From NCBI GenBank assembly GCA_907165135.1, contig OU015569.1, forward strand, positions 1,116,001 through 1,180,000: 64,000 nucleotides of DNA, in the 5' to 3' direction. Position numbers and translations under genes: made by a program. The DNA is from Oikopleura dioica. Taxonomy: Eukaryota > Animalia > Chordata. This document shows, one piece after another, positions 60,862 to 64,000 of the stretch. The notes beneath the pieces were generated by a model. That model did not search any database, was not told the DNA's origin, and saw nothing but the letters and a program-made list of their open reading frames with translations. Within the stretch, counting starts at the first letter, position 1. Every line of letters starts with the position of its first letter.

Positions 60862-62122
60862 TATTTTACATATTGGAATCTACTCTATCTCTAAATCTCT
60901 TCTTCTCTCTCTCTCTTTTGCTTTCTGCCACTCTCCTTTGTCCATCACTATCGATCCGAGAGCTCCCATGACCAATCCTCCATAAGAAAAGAGTTTCATC
61001 TTTGCTTTTTGCGTTTGTTTGTGTTGAAATATAAAAAAGGCGTTTCAAACTAGTGTTTCAAGTCGTGCGCCAGGGAGTTGTCACTGCTCGTCTCTCGAAG
61101 TGGATGATTCTGCTCGGCAGGAGACGACGAGATTCTCCTAAAAGTGAGCGCGCACGATCGTCTCGCGAGCGCCCCACTCCAGGGCGCCTGCGCGACGAGC
61201 GATGGACCATCCATCCGATCAACAGCTGAGCATATCTGATTGAATCTGTCAGAATCGCACTCAAGACGTGGAAACTTTTCTCAATCCTTCCCGGTTACTT
61301 TCTCATTAATTTTCTTGACGGCCTGGACTCGTTACTATTTATTTTCCCAGAAGCAAAAAAAAAAGAAAAAGTGAAAATTTGTTCCATCAGGTCTAAATTT
61401 CGTTCCCTTCCCCGCAAATGAAAATTTAAAAAATGTGGATTCCTGAAAAAGAAGATTCCAGACGAGCAACTGACTGGAAAAGCCAAAGCCTTTTTCTGAC
61501 TGTAGCGCGCTTCTAACTAAGTAACATAATTAGCAGTCAAGAAATATTCAAAATATTATACTTTGCTTTTGAGGTAATGCATGTTTCGGAGAAGTGAATA
61601 AATACTGTAGCTTCAACACGTAGAATCGCAGAGACAACTGAACTTTGCATAAGAGACGCTACTTAACTTACACTTTTTTTTTCACAAATTGGCACCGTAA
61701 TAAACTGTTTGGTGCTCTAAAAACACGTTTGCCGCAATTGAATCTTATTAACTTGGTGCCATACGGAAACCGTCCTGCGATCGCAATCATTGTTGTATTC
61801 ATTGTTTTTGATCAAAATTAATGGAAAACCAAATGGAGCGTTTCGCGCAGTTTGGAAGGTGCGAGTTCGTGAACGTGAGATGACGCGCAAACACTTCAAT
61901 CGCAAAAGCATTCTCCAAAGTGTTTCCTTATTTTCTAAGAAAATTTCTAAAAAATACCGCTGAGCTTTTCTAATCTAAGGAAAAATATGATGTCACATCA
62001 TCGTCTTCGAATAAAATAAAAAATCATGAAGTTTTTCCTGTAGATCTCACATATCCAGAAGTACACTCTTGATAATTCTTTCAAAATGGCTGACTTGGGA
62101 AAAACTGTGGAGGGAGCTGGAC

Positions 62123-62493
62123 CAGAATTGCAAATTTGCTGAGCTGAGTAAGCTGAGCTGGCCGAGTGAGCTGAGCAGTCGCTCAGCTCAGCTCAGTGAT
62201 TTTTGAAAATGATCTGATCTGCTCAGCTCAGCTCAGCTCAGACAATTATCACTTTGCTCAGCTCAGCTCAGCTCAATGATTTAAACACAATTTTACTACT
62301 AAAAACACACTAGAAAACAGCTCAGCCAACCAGCACAGCTCCGCTCTAATTAGGGTCCGCTCAGCTCAGCTCAACTACCTTAAAAAAAGGTCTGCTCCGC
62401 TCGATGACCTCTGAAAGAGGCCAGCTCAGCTCAGCTCAGAGAAATTTTCACTCAGCTCAGCTCAGCAAAAATAAAGCGAAATTTGCAACTCTG
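62123..62493 (+). mobile_element. hAT-like GAGCT MITE, complete copy 3 with 8-bp TSD
   Basis: CAG..TTGCAA TIRs; AGCTGGAC on both flanks (62115-62122, 62494-62501). Confidence 0.9.
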
Positions 62494-63321
62494 AGCTGGA
62501 CTGCATGAAGAACGAAAGTAAATCATATAGTATGATTCATATTTGAAAAAAATCCAGATGTCTTTTATTCTGAAAAATATTATTTTTAAAAATAAATATT
62601 TATAATTTTAAATGAATTTAATTTTTTTTTTTAATTTTTTAAATATTTATTTTGAAAATAAAGTCGATCTTTTTTAGTCTTTTTTCAAGATAGTAAAAGC
62701 TTGTGAATTCACTCAGCAGGGGTCTTATTGAATCATGAAAACACGAGTGAGAGCAGCTCAGTTATTTCTTAATATAACCTCAATGCGAAGAGTAAATTCT
62801 TTACCGGGAAGGGACGAGTCATGCTTGTGCGTCTTACTCCGGAAGAGAGTCTTTTTTTCCCGAGTGCGAAATTTCATAAGGCCGTGAGAAAAATGAGCTT
62901 CTAAAATTGTAAATCCCTTTGTAAATCTTCAGTTCTTGTCTTCCCGTCCGTCCCGAATTCCGACTGAGGTGGCCGATGACGACTAATCGTGTGGAATATG
63001 TGAACCCTCTCATCAAATCACTCAAGAAAGAAGAACCGTTCACTCTCAAAGCATTTTTGATGGGAATTTATTTGACACTATAAAACTAGAAAAAGAAGGC
63101 ATGAAAAGAACATATCGACGAGTTACTTATGAATGGTTCGAATCAATTTTATTACCGGTTTCATGTTCCGACTAGAGTCCCCTAAAATGTGAGTGTGTGT
63201 GTGTCGACAAGTGAAAATGCGCAAGTACAGGTTTACATACAAGTCAAAGCGTAAAGAACGCGTGATCTTTACGCTTATCGGTGAAGGGTTTATAAAGGGT
63301 GCATCGCAGGGGCTGCGTGAT

Positions 63322-63756
63322 TTATTCTTCTTCCTGACCGTGGGTGATGATGTAGCAGAGAGCCTTAAAAGTGACTGAAAAAAGGGCTTCGAGGAAAAGG
63401 GGCGTACCTTGTAGTCGAGGTTGCCGGAAACATCAACTGGGGCGAATTCCATGAGAGCATCGACTTCTTCTTTGGAGAATCGAGTGGCCTCGCAGGTAAG
63501 GGCTTCGATAAGTTGGGAGGAATGGATCTTTCCAGTGCCAGCGGGGTCGAGAACCTTGAAAGCTAGAACGCGCGAATTGAATCAAAAACCATCGGTGTTC
63601 AGAGTACCTTCGATCATGACGTCCTCGGGGTCAGTGCCGTGGAGCTTCTCAGCAAGCATGTTAAGGAAGGTAGTGAAGTTAAGAGCGCCAGAAGCTTCGT
63701 TCATCATCTTTTCGATATCAGCATCTTCAACGTTTCGGACACCGAGGGACATGTAG
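63322..63756 (-). CDS. Myosin regulatory light chain (EF-hand), 3' portion; 5' exons not identified (likely beyond the window)
   Basis: [30 protein letters not shown]|[13 protein letters not shown]...[25 protein letters not shown]|[13 protein letters not shown]. Confidence 0.93.
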
Positions 63757-64000
63757 CTAGAAAAAAGCGTTCCGTTTTAATTTTCCCTTTTTGCGCGATA
63801 TTATTTAGTTAGGAAGGTAGCTAGCTTGATTGGCCTCTCACGCCTGTTTGGATTAATAATTTGAAAAAAACGCTTTCGGGTGGTTTTGGCCGAGTGGCCT
63901 CGAGAGCGTTTTTCTTTCATGGGGCCGAGCAGCGGATGGAAGGAACCTTTTATTACGCGCTCGAGAATCGTAATTACGCGGAAACATTGATTTTCACGCT

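Noticed and set aside
61058-63049. Possible additional minus-strand gene between the PLA2-like gene and MRLC
   Set aside because: Coding-looking patches (61290-61030, 63049-62770) exist, but I could not assemble a consistent frame or recognise a domain.

Overview
Very gene-dense eukaryotic (metazoan) genomic DNA. Introns of about 40-60 nt, same-strand gene runs with 37-270 nt spacers and AG acceptors next to start codons, and a probable GA-AG intron all point to the larvacean tunicate Oikopleura dioica or a close relative (inference). The window holds about 27 protein genes or gene fragments. Recognisable ones are POLD3, USO1, ERAL1, AVL9, TDRD9, PAFAH1B1/LIS1, KIN17, VTA1, NME7, VPS26, SNRNP27, MARCHF6, an ODAD1/CCDC63-like gene, B4GAT1, a DEG/ENaC channel and a myosin regulatory light chain; there is also one tRNA-Phe(GAA). 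Non-autonomous transposons include an LTR element, a 2.1 kb Harbinger-like foldback, and hAT, TA-, TTAA- and TTAGGG-bearing MITEs, several of them inside formerly tiny introns. The most unusual items are: (1) a stand-alone UBR-box protein with an N-terminal MG, GYPQ repeats and a PPxY motif, in a putative operon with the E3 ligase MARCHF6; (2) an intron-containing, membrane-anchored LINE-ORF1p-like gene; (3) a young LTR element with TATA...TATA ends; (4) an intron-containing gene resembling a bacterial-type family. Exon structures were assembled by hand, and no database search was run.
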